Positions 19,286 to 27,487 of a DNA stretch of 64,000 nucleotides are shown here, piece by piece (the first letter of the stretch is position 1; each line of letters begins with the position of its first letter). The DNA comes from Rhizobium sp. Lineage in GTDB: Bacteria > Pseudomonadota > Alphaproteobacteria > Rhizobiales > Rhizobiaceae. The notes beneath the pieces are model-generated. The model did not search any database and had not been told where the DNA came from. It saw only the letters and a list, made by a program, of their open reading frames with translations. The stretch spans positions 28,899 to 92,898 of the forward strand of contig JAQGJP010000041.1 in assembly GCA_028290545.1 (NCBI GenBank), written 5' to 3'. A program made the translations under genes and the position numbers.

Positions 19286-19641
19286 GATGCTTGTCCCGCT
19301 GTCCCGCCGAGGTAAAGTTCGCGCATCAGGGACATATCCCGCAGTTCGGAGATCGGGCCTGAAATCGCGATTCTGCCATTTTGCATAAGGTAGCCGCGAG
19401 TGGCAACGGAAAGCGCAAGGCCTGCATTCTGTTCCACGATGAGGACCGAGGCGCCGGCGCACTGGCCGACATCGAGAATGATGCCCTGGATTTCCTTGAC
19501 CATCAGTCGCGAGAGGCCGAGCGAGAACTCGTCCAGCGGCAATACCCGTGGCCTCGCCAACAGGCCGCGTGCGACCGCCAGCGTCTTCTGCTGGCCAGCG
19601 CTGAGCGATCCACCGCGATCGCGACGCTTGGTGCCGAGATC
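19282..19641 (-). pseudogene. 3' remnant of a LivF-like ABC ATPase
   Basis: Degenerate signature LSAGQQK and Walker B VLPLDEFSLGL; intact IVEQNA and RELYLGG; no Walker A. Confidence 0.8.
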
Positions 19642-19675
19642 TTGCGATTGATTCTCCAGATCAAGTTTTGCATTC

Positions 19676-19760
19676 TTGCATGGTTGTCGGACAACCATGT
19701 TTTCTGATAATACGATCTTCATGGCTTGTCAAGACGATGTTGCATGGTTGTCCGACAAGT
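19676..19760 (-). promoter_or_regulatory. Sigma70-like promoter toward larA flanked by two FadR-type operators
   Basis: Perfect palindrome CATGGTTGTC-G-GACAACCATG (19679-19699); second copy at 19740-19760; minus-strand CTTGAC-N17-TTATCA (19733-19705). Confidence 0.7.
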
Positions 19761-19993
19761 TGGCGGGCAGAAAAATCCAGGGAGATGCAGAATGCGTGAG
19801 AGACCGCTTGGCCGGCGATTTCGGCTTCAGGGCGTGTGCGATCGCCGCCGCCAGGCCCGCCTTGTCGCAGCGAGCTATATTCAGGTCCTGGACGCCATGC
19901 AGGAATGCCTGAAAGATCAGTCAAACAGAACTTGACCAGATCTTCGGGAAATCGGCGATCGAGGCCTTCAGCTAGCCGTAAAAGCTTGCAGCA

Positions 19994-20182
19994 TCAGCCG
20001 CGTTGTTTGGTTCCGGCGCTTTTGCCATCGGAACTTTTCGACCGTTCCTCGAAGCGGTCGGCGCCCTTGGCGAGATCGGAGCCTTTGTTGGCTTCGGTCT
20101 TCTTTTCGTCCTTCGCCGCACTCTTCCTCAATCCGCGCGCGGCCTCCCGGCCTTTTTCCGTCGGTGCCTGTTCAATACCCAT
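19994..20182 (-). CDS. 62-aa hydrophilic small protein, probably general-stress induced
   Basis: GGAGG RBS; highly charged sequence MGIEQAPTEKG...; EcfG-type promoter upstream. Confidence 0.75.
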   Translation of the reverse strand: MGIEQAPTEKGREAARGLRKSAAKDEKKTEANKGSDLAKGADRFEERSKSSDGKSAGTKQRG

Positions 20183-20218
20183 CGTCTGTTCCTCCGGCGT
20201 CGGATGACGCTTCAGTTC

Positions 20219-20243
20219 AACGGAGAGGCTTTCCGTTTGTTCC
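20219..20243 (-). promoter_or_regulatory. EcfG/RpoE2 general-stress-response promoter
   Basis: Minus-strand GGAAC-N16-CGTT, matching the alphaproteobacterial EcfG consensus. Confidence 0.8.
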
Positions 20244-20408
20244 GTATCGGCAACAAGGGAATCACGAGCCATAATAAAAATCTGGCCATAGGGCGAAAAT
20301 CCATCATTTGTGCTTGGTCATGCTTTTCCTACGATGCCCGAAAAATAAATGGGGAAACATCATTGGAGTTCATATTTTGAAACCAGTGAGAGGCGAGGTT
20401 CTAGCGAA

Positions 20409-21497
20409 ATGACTGCCAATAAGAACATGCAAAGTCGACTGTCCGCCTGTCTGCGGACTGTCGCCGTGATATTGCCATTTGCCGCAGTGGGCGCGGCATC
20501 GGCCGCCGAACCACTCAGCTATTTCACCTGGGCCGGCTATGACGATCCGGCTTTCCGCAAGCCGTTCACGGACAAATATGGCGCGAGCGGCGTCGTCTAT
20601 TCCTTCTATAGCGGCACGGACGAAGCCTATACCAAGCTGAGCGGCGGCTACACGGCCGATGTCGCCCACCCCTGCATCCACGACATCAAGAAATGGCAGG
20701 CTGCCGGTCTGTTGAAACCGATCGATCCGAGCAAGGTGGCCGCCTGGAACGACATTCTGCCGGCGTTGCGCGATGCGTCCTCGGTCGTCATCGACGGCAA
20801 GCACTGGATGGTGCCGTGGGAATGGGGTGCATCCTCGGTGATCTACCGCACCGACAAGGTCAAGCCCGCCGGGGAGACCTATGCGATCCTGACGGATCCG
20901 GCCTACAAGCAGCGGACGGCGCTGCCGGATGCGTTCGACGAAATCTACCAGCTTTCTGCAGTGCTGGCCGGTATCAAGAAGCCGCTGGCGCTCGATGAAG
21001 GTGACTATGCCAAGGTCGAGGAAAAGATGCGGGCGCTGCGCGATAATGCCCGGTTCATCTGGACCGATCCGGGCCAGCTTGAACAGGCAATCGCCAGTGG
21101 CGAGGTCGATGTCGCCTGGGGATGGCCGAGCAGCCTCGCAAGCCTGAAGCGCCAGAGCATTCCCGTCGATTTCATGCTGAAGCCCAAGGAAAAACTGGTC
21201 ACCTGGGAATGCGGCATCGGTATTCTTGCGACCGCCAAGGCGCCGGAAGCCGAGATCTATGATTTCATCAACGCGCTGACAGCGCCGGAATCCGGCAAGG
21301 CACTGGTCGAAAAGTTCGCCTATGGCCATTCCAACGCCAAGGCGCTGGCATCGGTCGATCCCAAGCTTCTCGCCGAACTCGGTCTCGACGGCGATGCCGA
21401 TGCAATGATCAAGGGCGGCAATCTGCTGGGCCCGATGCCCGACGCGCAGCGCCAGCGGCTGGTCGAGATGTGGTCGCTGATCAAGGCCGGTGGCTGA
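20409..21497 (+). CDS. Polyamine-type (PotD/PotF-like) ABC periplasmic binding protein
   Basis: Signal peptide ending ASA-AE; FTWAGY, VPWEWG, SGEVDVAWGW and PKEK motifs; alternative start 20427. Confidence 0.88.
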   Translation: MTANKNMQSRLSACLRTVAVILPFAAVGAASAAEPLSYFTWAGYDDPAFRKPFTDKYGASGVVYSFYSGTDEAYTKLSGGYTADVAHPCIHDIKKWQAAGLLKPIDPSKVAAWNDILPALRDASSVVIDGKHWMVPWEWGASSVIYRTDKVKPAGETYAILTDPAYKQRTALPDAFDEIYQLSAVLAGIKKPLALDEGDYAKVEEKMRALRDNARFIWTDPGQLEQAIASGEVDVAWGWPSSLASLKRQSIPVDFMLKPKEKLVTWECGIGILATAKAPEAEIYDFINALTAPESGKALVEKFAYGHSNAKALASVDPKLLAELGLDGDADAMIKGGNLLGPMPDAQRQRLVEMWSLIKAGG

Positions 21498-21566
21498 GCC
21501 AGCCCCAATCGACAGGCATCGCGACAGACGCGATGCCTCACCGTTCATTACCCAGACAGGATTATC

Positions 21567-22502
21567 ATGCCCAGATTCATTATCGTGGGGGCCGCGCAAC
21601 TCGGCCCGATCGCGCGTTCGGACAGCCGTGCCACAGTGGTTGCACGCCTTCTGGAACTGATGCGCGAGGCGCATTCCTTCCGCTGCGATCTCGTCGCCTT
21701 TCCAGAAATGGCGTTGACGACCTTCTTTCCCCGCTGGGACCTGCAGGACGAGGACGAGATTGACGCCTTCTACGAACGTGAAATGCCAGGGCCGGAAACG
21801 CGAATTCTGTTCGAGGAGGCCGCAAAACTTGGAATCGGCTTCTCGTTGGGCTATGCCGAACTTGCCTTCGAGGAAGGTCGCAAGCGGCGCTTCAACACCT
21901 CGATCCTGGTGGACAAGTCGGGCGCGATCATCGGCAAGTACCGGAAGGTGCATCTGCCCGGCCATGCCGATGTTATGGACCGCGCCGGCCAGCATCTGGA
22001 AAAGCGCTTCTTCGAGGTCGGCAATTTCGGCTTTCCGGTGTGGCGGGCGTTCAACGGCATTTTCGGCATGTGCATCTGCAATGACCGGCGCTGGCCCGAG
22101 ACCTATCGCGTCATGGGTCTGCAGGGCGTCGATATGATCCTGCTCGGGTATAATTCCCCGGTGGGTCTTGGCGACCCCTATGAACTCGATGCGCTGGAGC
22201 CGTTCCACAACCACCTTGTCATGCAGGCGGGCGCCTATCAGAACGCCACCTGGGTGGTGGGCGTCGCCAAGGCCGGCATGGAAGAGGGTTTCAACATGAT
22301 CGGCCAGACGGCGATCATCGCGCCCTCCGGCGAGATTGTCGCCCAATGCGCGACGCTTGGCGACGAGCTTGTCGTGCGCAAGTGCGACCTCGATCTCGGC
22401 CTGCCCTACCGGCGGGATATCTTCAATTTCGCCGCGCATCGCAGGCCCGAACATTACGGCCTGATCACCGAGCGCAAGGGCGCCATCCTGCCGCCGGAAT
22501 GA
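21567..22502 (+). CDS. N-carbamoyl-D-amino-acid amidohydrolase (D-carbamoylase, nitrilase superfamily)
   Basis: QLGPIAR, FPEMALTTFFPRW, YRKVHLPGH, CICNDRRWPE, QAGAYQN and FNFAAHRRPEHYGLI, the signature of Agrobacterium-type D-carbamoylase. Confidence 0.9.
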   Translation: MPRFIIVGAAQLGPIARSDSRATVVARLLELMREAHSFRCDLVAFPEMALTTFFPRWDLQDEDEIDAFYEREMPGPETRILFEEAAKLGIGFSLGYAELAFEEGRKRRFNTSILVDKSGAIIGKYRKVHLPGHADVMDRAGQHLEKRFFEVGNFGFPVWRAFNGIFGMCICNDRRWPETYRVMGLQGVDMILLGYNSPVGLGDPYELDALEPFHNHLVMQAGAYQNATWVVGVAKAGMEEGFNMIGQTAIIAPSGEIVAQCATLGDELVVRKCDLDLGLPYRRDIFNFAAHRRPEHYGLITERKGAILPPE

Positions 22503-23932
22503 CGATGAGCAAAAACGCCCATTGGGTCATTCCCGGCCATGTCGAGGCCCGCGACGGCCGGCTGTTGTTTGCCGGACATGACGCGGCAGCACTTCTGGCC
22601 GCGCATGGTTCGCCGCTTTATCTTCTGTCGGCGAAGCGGATCATCGACACGGTTCAACGTTTCAAGGCGACTGCGGCGGCGGCGCCGTTGCCGGTGACGA
22701 TCTGTTATGCCAGCAAAGCCTGTTCGGCCATCGCGGTGCTGAAGCTTCTGAACGACGAGGCGATCAGTATCGAGGTCAATTCCGCCGGCGAGTTGTTCCG
22801 GGCGAAGACTGCCGGCTTCCCGCCCGACAGGATCATCTTCAACGGCGTTGCCAAGAGCGCGGAAGAATTGCTGTCGGCGCTCGATCCGCCAATCAAGGCG
22901 ATCAATATCGACAGCATTTTCGAGTTGAAGCGGCTGGTATCGATTGCACGAGGGGTCGGCAAGGTCGCCCGGATTTCCTTGCGGATCGTACCCAATGTGC
23001 AGTCCTCGACCTCCGCCGGCAATCAGACCGGCGCGGAATCTACCAAGTTCGGCATTCTGCTGCGCGAACTGCCGGAGGCGATGACGCTCCTGCGCGACAG
23101 CGCCGATTGCCTGGTGCTGGTGGGTATCCACGCGCATGTAGGTTCGCAGATCGGTTCGGTCGCGCCCTATCAGAAGGCCGCACAAATGCTGGTGTCGGTG
23201 AAGGCGGAAGTCGAAGCGGCGTTCGGAGTGGAGCTCGAACATCTCAATATCGGCGGCGGCTTTCCGATTCCCTATATGCGCGGTGCCAACGAGACACCAC
23301 AGGATGACATCTTCGCTCCGGCGATCGACATGGACGGCGTGGTCCAGGATGTCGTCGCCAGTCTCGCCAAAGCACTGCCGGGCAAAACCGAGATTATCGT
23401 CGAGCCGGGCCGCAGCCTGGTGGGCGACGCCGGCATCCTGCTGTCCACGGTCGAGAATATCAAGGAGCGGCTCAGTGAGCCGTGGCTGGTGCTCGACGCC
23501 GGCTACAATGTGCTGGTCGAGTCCTATACCTATAAATGGTATTATCACGCACTCAGCGCCACGAAGCTGAATGAAGACGAAAAGCCGTTCCGGGTGGCCG
23601 GGCCGCTTTGCGACAATGGCGATGCCTTTTTCGACGTCGAGGGCGAGACCACGGTCCGCAAGCTGATCGAGGCCGAGCCGACGCTCGAAGCGAATCGGGC
23701 GCTTCTCGAATCGACGCTGATCCGCATGCCGCCGACCCGCAGCCTTGCCGCCTCGACCGGGCCGGGCGATTGCATCGCCTTCCTCGATTGCGGCGCCTAT
23801 GTGCTCGACCAGATGACGCCGAACAACAGCCGGCAGCGGCCGGAATGCGGGTTGATCGATCTTGAAGGCAATTATCGCACCTTGCGCGGCCGCGACAGTT
23901 TGGAAGACTTGCTGTTCAAGGAGGTGCTCTGA
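22499..23932 (+). CDS. Fold-type III PLP decarboxylase, DAP-decarboxylase / D-ornithine-D-lysine decarboxylase-like
   Basis: YASKAC (PLP Lys), HAHVGSQ, NIGGGF, EPGR, GPLCDNGD and DCGAY motifs; ATGA overlap with the upstream gene. Confidence 0.85.
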   Translation: MTMSKNAHWVIPGHVEARDGRLLFAGHDAAALLAAHGSPLYLLSAKRIIDTVQRFKATAAAAPLPVTICYASKACSAIAVLKLLNDEAISIEVNSAGELFRAKTAGFPPDRIIFNGVAKSAEELLSALDPPIKAINIDSIFELKRLVSIARGVGKVARISLRIVPNVQSSTSAGNQTGAESTKFGILLRELPEAMTLLRDSADCLVLVGIHAHVGSQIGSVAPYQKAAQMLVSVKAEVEAAFGVELEHLNIGGGFPIPYMRGANETPQDDIFAPAIDMDGVVQDVVASLAKALPGKTEIIVEPGRSLVGDAGILLSTVENIKERLSEPWLVLDAGYNVLVESYTYKWYYHALSATKLNEDEKPFRVAGPLCDNGDAFFDVEGETTVRKLIEAEPTLEANRALLESTLIRMPPTRSLAASTGPGDCIAFLDCGAYVLDQMTPNNSRQRPECGLIDLEGNYRTLRGRDSLEDLLFKEVL

Positions 23933-25323
23933 TGCGCTTCGATCTCGTCATTCGCGGCGGCCGGATCGTCACGGCGTCCGAAGCTTTCATCGGCGACATC
24001 GGTATGCGCGACGGACAAATTTCGGCGCTCGGCGATAGCCTGCCAAGGGGAGATGACGAGATCGACGCGAAGGGCCTGCTGGTCCTGCCCGGCGGGGTCG
24101 ATGCCCACTGTCATATCGATGAGCCGCCCTTTCTCAACGCCCGGCTCGCTGACGACTTCCGCTCGGCCAGCCTGTCGGCAGCCTGCGGCGGCACGACGAC
24201 ATTCATGCCGTTCGTCAATCAGGTCGAAGGATTGACGCTGTCGCAGTCGCTTGGAGATTACCGGGCGAAGGCGGCGGGTTCGCTGATCGATTTTGCCTTC
24301 CATGTCATCCTCAAGGCCGACGAGACCGAAGTTCTGAAGGCCGATATCGATGCTCTTCTGGCCAAGGGTCTGACATCCTTCAAGCTGTTCATGACCTATG
24401 ACGGCTACCAGATGGAGGATGGGCAGATCCTCGAAGTCATGTCACGGGTTGGCGCAGCCGGCGGCATCGTGCTGGTGCATGCGGAGAATGGCCGGTGCAT
24501 CCACTGGCTCGGCAGCCGGCTGGTCTACAAGGGCAAGACGGGCTTGAGCAATTTCCGCGCATCCGCTCCACAGGTGGTGGAGCGCGAGGCGGTGCACCGG
24601 GCGATCGCGCTCGCGGAGATCGCGGACGCCAGGATCATGATCGTGCATGTCTCCAGCCGGGACGCGCTGGAGCAGATCCAATGGGCGAGGGCGCGCGGCT
24701 TGCCCGTGCTGGCCGAGACCTGCCCGCAATATCTGGTCGATCAAGGCGACCGGCTTTCGAGCGACGAATGGGGGGCGGCGAAATATCTGTGCTCTCCGCC
24801 GCCGCGCGGTGGCGACAATGCCGAAGCGCTCTGGAAGGGCGTTGCCGATGGCGCGTTCGATATCCTGTCGTCCGACCACTGCCCCTATCGTTTCGAGGGC
24901 GAGGACGGCAAACGGGCCTTCGCCTCCGAGCCGCATTTCCAGCAGGTGCCGCCGGGCGTGCCCGGTCTGGAAACGCGGCTGCCACTGATCTTCGAGCATG
25001 GCGTCAAGTCCGGACGGATCAGCCTCAACCAGTTCGTCGCGCTGACGGCGACCGAACCCGCGAAAATCTATGGCCTCTACCCACGCAAGGGCAGTTTGAT
25101 GCCGGGCGCGGATGCCGATATCGTGCTGTGGGATCCGGATTGTCCGACGACGATTCGCCATGCGATGCTGCACGACGCCTGCGACTACACGCCCTATGAG
25201 GGGCTCGCTGTCTCCGCATGGCCAGTCGTCACGCTGTCGCGCGGCGAAAAAATCTGGGATCGCGGCTGGGTGAGCGGGGCCTATGGCCGTGGCCGGGAAA
25301 TCCCGCGGCAGCGTGCTGCATGA
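23932..25323 (+). CDS. Dihydropyrimidinase/D-hydantoinase-family cyclic amidohydrolase
   Basis: GGVDAHCH, FKLFMTY, VHAEN, VHVS, CSPP and SSDHCPY motifs. Confidence 0.9.
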   Translation: MRFDLVIRGGRIVTASEAFIGDIGMRDGQISALGDSLPRGDDEIDAKGLLVLPGGVDAHCHIDEPPFLNARLADDFRSASLSAACGGTTTFMPFVNQVEGLTLSQSLGDYRAKAAGSLIDFAFHVILKADETEVLKADIDALLAKGLTSFKLFMTYDGYQMEDGQILEVMSRVGAAGGIVLVHAENGRCIHWLGSRLVYKGKTGLSNFRASAPQVVEREAVHRAIALAEIADARIMIVHVSSRDALEQIQWARARGLPVLAETCPQYLVDQGDRLSSDEWGAAKYLCSPPPRGGDNAEALWKGVADGAFDILSSDHCPYRFEGEDGKRAFASEPHFQQVPPGVPGLETRLPLIFEHGVKSGRISLNQFVALTATEPAKIYGLYPRKGSLMPGADADIVLWDPDCPTTIRHAMLHDACDYTPYEGLAVSAWPVVTLSRGEKIWDRGWVSGAYGRGREIPRQRAA

Positions 25324-26564
25324 CACGCGCAGCATCCATCGACGACATCGTCACGCGCGGCCTCTGCGTCGGCTGCGGCCTGTGCGAGAGCCTGGCGGGT
25401 GCCGACAAGCTCAAGCTTGGACTGAATGCAGAAGGTTTTCTGCGGCCGAAACAGCTCATGCCACTGGATGCCGAGACCGAACGCAAGGTGCTCGCCGTCT
25501 GTCCCGGCAACGTCCAGCGCGTAGAAGGCACCGATAGTCCGGTGGACGTTATATGGGGGCCGTTGAAGGGATTGTTCGCCGGCTATTCCCGCGACGAGGA
25601 AATCCGTTTCAAGGGATCGTCAGGCGGGGTGGCAACAGCGGTTGCGGCGCATATGCTGAATTCGGGCATGGCGTCTGCGGTGCTGGAAGTGTCCGCCGAT
25701 TCTGCCGCGCCTTTGCATGCCGTGACCCGGGTTGCAAAAAATCGCAGTGAGCTGATCGAAGGCGCGGGCTCGTGGTATGGGCCGGCCGCTCCGCTCCGCC
25801 GCATGCATGAATTGCTCGACAAAGGGAAACCATTCGTCGTCATCGGCAAGCCCTGCGACATCGCCGGCGTCCGCAACCTGGCCCGCATCGATCCGCGCGT
25901 CGATCGGCTGGTGGTCTGTACGATCTCGTTTCTTTGCGCCGGACTCTCAAGCTTCGGCGTGGCCCGCAATATCATCGCCGGCCATGGTGTCGAGGAGAAA
26001 GATGTCAGTCTGTTCCGCTTCCGGGGCCATGGCTGCCCGGGCATGACTCGCATCGAGACGCATGACGGCCGCGCCTTCGAGCAGACCTATGACGACACAT
26101 GGTCGCATGCGTTGAATCAGGCGATCCAGTTCCGTTGCAAGATCTGCCCCGACAGCACAGGTGAGCAGGCCGATATCGTTTGCGCCGATGCCTGGGACAA
26201 TGACGATGGTTATGCGCATGGCGAAAAAGAAGGACGCGGCGCCATTCTGGCGCGAACGGAGCGTGGTCTTGCTATCTTGAAATCGATGCAAACACGCGCG
26301 GAGTTGGAAATGCAGCCGCTGGAACTTTCGCGGTTCGAACGCATGCAGCCGCATCACAAGCATCGCAAGAGCGTGCTGGTGGCGCGGTTGCTGGGGTTGT
26401 GGCTCGGCGGCCAACCCGTGCCGGATTATAAAGGGTTGCGATTGTTCTCGGCTTCGCGCTTCGGCCGGAGGTATCTTTTCAGCAATGTTCGGGGCATGAT
26501 CCGGCGGATCAAGTCAGGGGCCAATCGTGAGACCCTGCCGGCTGGCGGCGAGCGGAGAGAGTAG
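25320..26564 (+). CDS. FrhB/FdhB-family Fe-S flavoprotein (F420-hydrogenase beta-subunit-like)
   Basis: N-terminal CVGCGLC...CP ferredoxin motif; SSGGVAT, GKPCD, FLCAG and CKICPD motifs; ATGA overlap. Confidence 0.85.
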   Translation: MTRAASIDDIVTRGLCVGCGLCESLAGADKLKLGLNAEGFLRPKQLMPLDAETERKVLAVCPGNVQRVEGTDSPVDVIWGPLKGLFAGYSRDEEIRFKGSSGGVATAVAAHMLNSGMASAVLEVSADSAAPLHAVTRVAKNRSELIEGAGSWYGPAAPLRRMHELLDKGKPFVVIGKPCDIAGVRNLARIDPRVDRLVVCTISFLCAGLSSFGVARNIIAGHGVEEKDVSLFRFRGHGCPGMTRIETHDGRAFEQTYDDTWSHALNQAIQFRCKICPDSTGEQADIVCADAWDNDDGYAHGEKEGRGAILARTERGLAILKSMQTRAELEMQPLELSRFERMQPHHKHRKSVLVARLLGLWLGGQPVPDYKGLRLFSASRFGRRYLFSNVRGMIRRIKSGANRETLPAGGERRE

Positions 26565-26566
26565 CG

Positions 26567-27487
26567 ATGGCGGCTGTCGAACTTTCCAATGCCGCCCGAT
26601 CGCGCGGGTTGAAATCCAGGCTCGCCCGAGAGCCGCTGGCGGGATGGCTTTCTGGATACGGACTGATGGCGCCGGCGATGATCCTGCTTTGCATCGGCGT
26701 TCTCGGCCCTTGCCTCCTGCTCGCCTTTTCCAGTTTCTGGATGAACGGCACGCCGCTCGAGCCCGGTCATATGACGCTGGCGCATTATGTCCGGTTCTTC
26801 TCCAATCCGTTCTATCTCCAATTGCTCATTCGCAGCATCGTCATGAGCCTCGTCGTCACCCTCGCGATCGTCGTGTTGTCCTTCCCGATCGCCTATTTGA
26901 TCGCCATGCATGGCGGCCGGTGGCGGATGACCTGGATCGTCATCATTTCGCTGCCGTTCTGGACCAGCTATCTGCTGCGGATCTTCGCGTGGAAGGTCAT
27001 CCTCGGCTTCAATGGCGTGGTCAATTCGAGCCTGATGGCCGCCGGTCTCATATCCCAGCCGCTCGATATCCTGCTCTATAATCCCTTCGCGGTGGTGCTG
27101 ACGCTGACCCATGCGTGGATGCCCTTCGTGGTGCTGCCGATCTATGTCAGCCTGATGAAGATCCCGCCCGAACTGCTGGAAGCCGCGACCGATCTCGGCG
27201 ATGGTCCGATGCGGCGGTTCCTCAGGGTCACCTTGCCCCTGGCGCTGCCGGGCGTGGCATCGGGAGCGCTGCTGGTGTTCATCCCGACGGTCGGCGACTA
27301 TGTGACGCCGATGATGGTCGGCGGTCCCAAGGGCACGATGATCGGCACCATCATTGCCGCGCAATTCGGCCCGGCCAACAACTGGCCGCTGGGTTCCGCG
27401 ATATCGGTGATCACCATGGTCGCCGTCGGGCTGGCGGCATTGCTGTTGCATTTCGCCATCTTCCGGATCGGCAGGATTGCGCGATGA
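26567..27487 (+). CDS. PotB-like ABC permease
   Basis: LPFWTSYLLR, LEAATDLG and GDYVTP motifs. Confidence 0.92.
   Translation: MAAVELSNAARSRGLKSRLAREPLAGWLSGYGLMAPAMILLCIGVLGPCLLLAFSSFWMNGTPLEPGHMTLAHYVRFFSNPFYLQLLIRSIVMSLVVTLAIVVLSFPIAYLIAMHGGRWRMTWIVIISLPFWTSYLLRIFAWKVILGFNGVVNSSLMAAGLISQPLDILLYNPFAVVLTLTHAWMPFVVLPIYVSLMKIPPELLEAATDLGDGPMRRFLRVTLPLALPGVASGALLVFIPTVGDYVTPMMVGGPKGTMIGTIIAAQFGPANNWPLGSAISVITMVAVGLAALLLHFAIFRIGRIAR

Noticed and set aside
19792-19935. 47-aa ORF with a GGAGA upstream, divergent from larA
   Set aside because: No recognisable homology; may be debris from a deleted gene
20370-22454. 694-aa minus-strand ORF (similarly 5934-7223, 41302-42771, 53394-54851, 58919-60217)
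   Set aside because: Antisense shadows of clearly recognisable genes in high-GC DNA; no family motifs
22499-23932. Calling this gene lysA
   Set aside because: Specificity motifs diverge from LysA and the context is catabolic
25320-26564. A real F420-reducing hydrogenase
   Set aside because: No alpha/gamma subunits, maturation genes or F420 biosynthesis genes in the window
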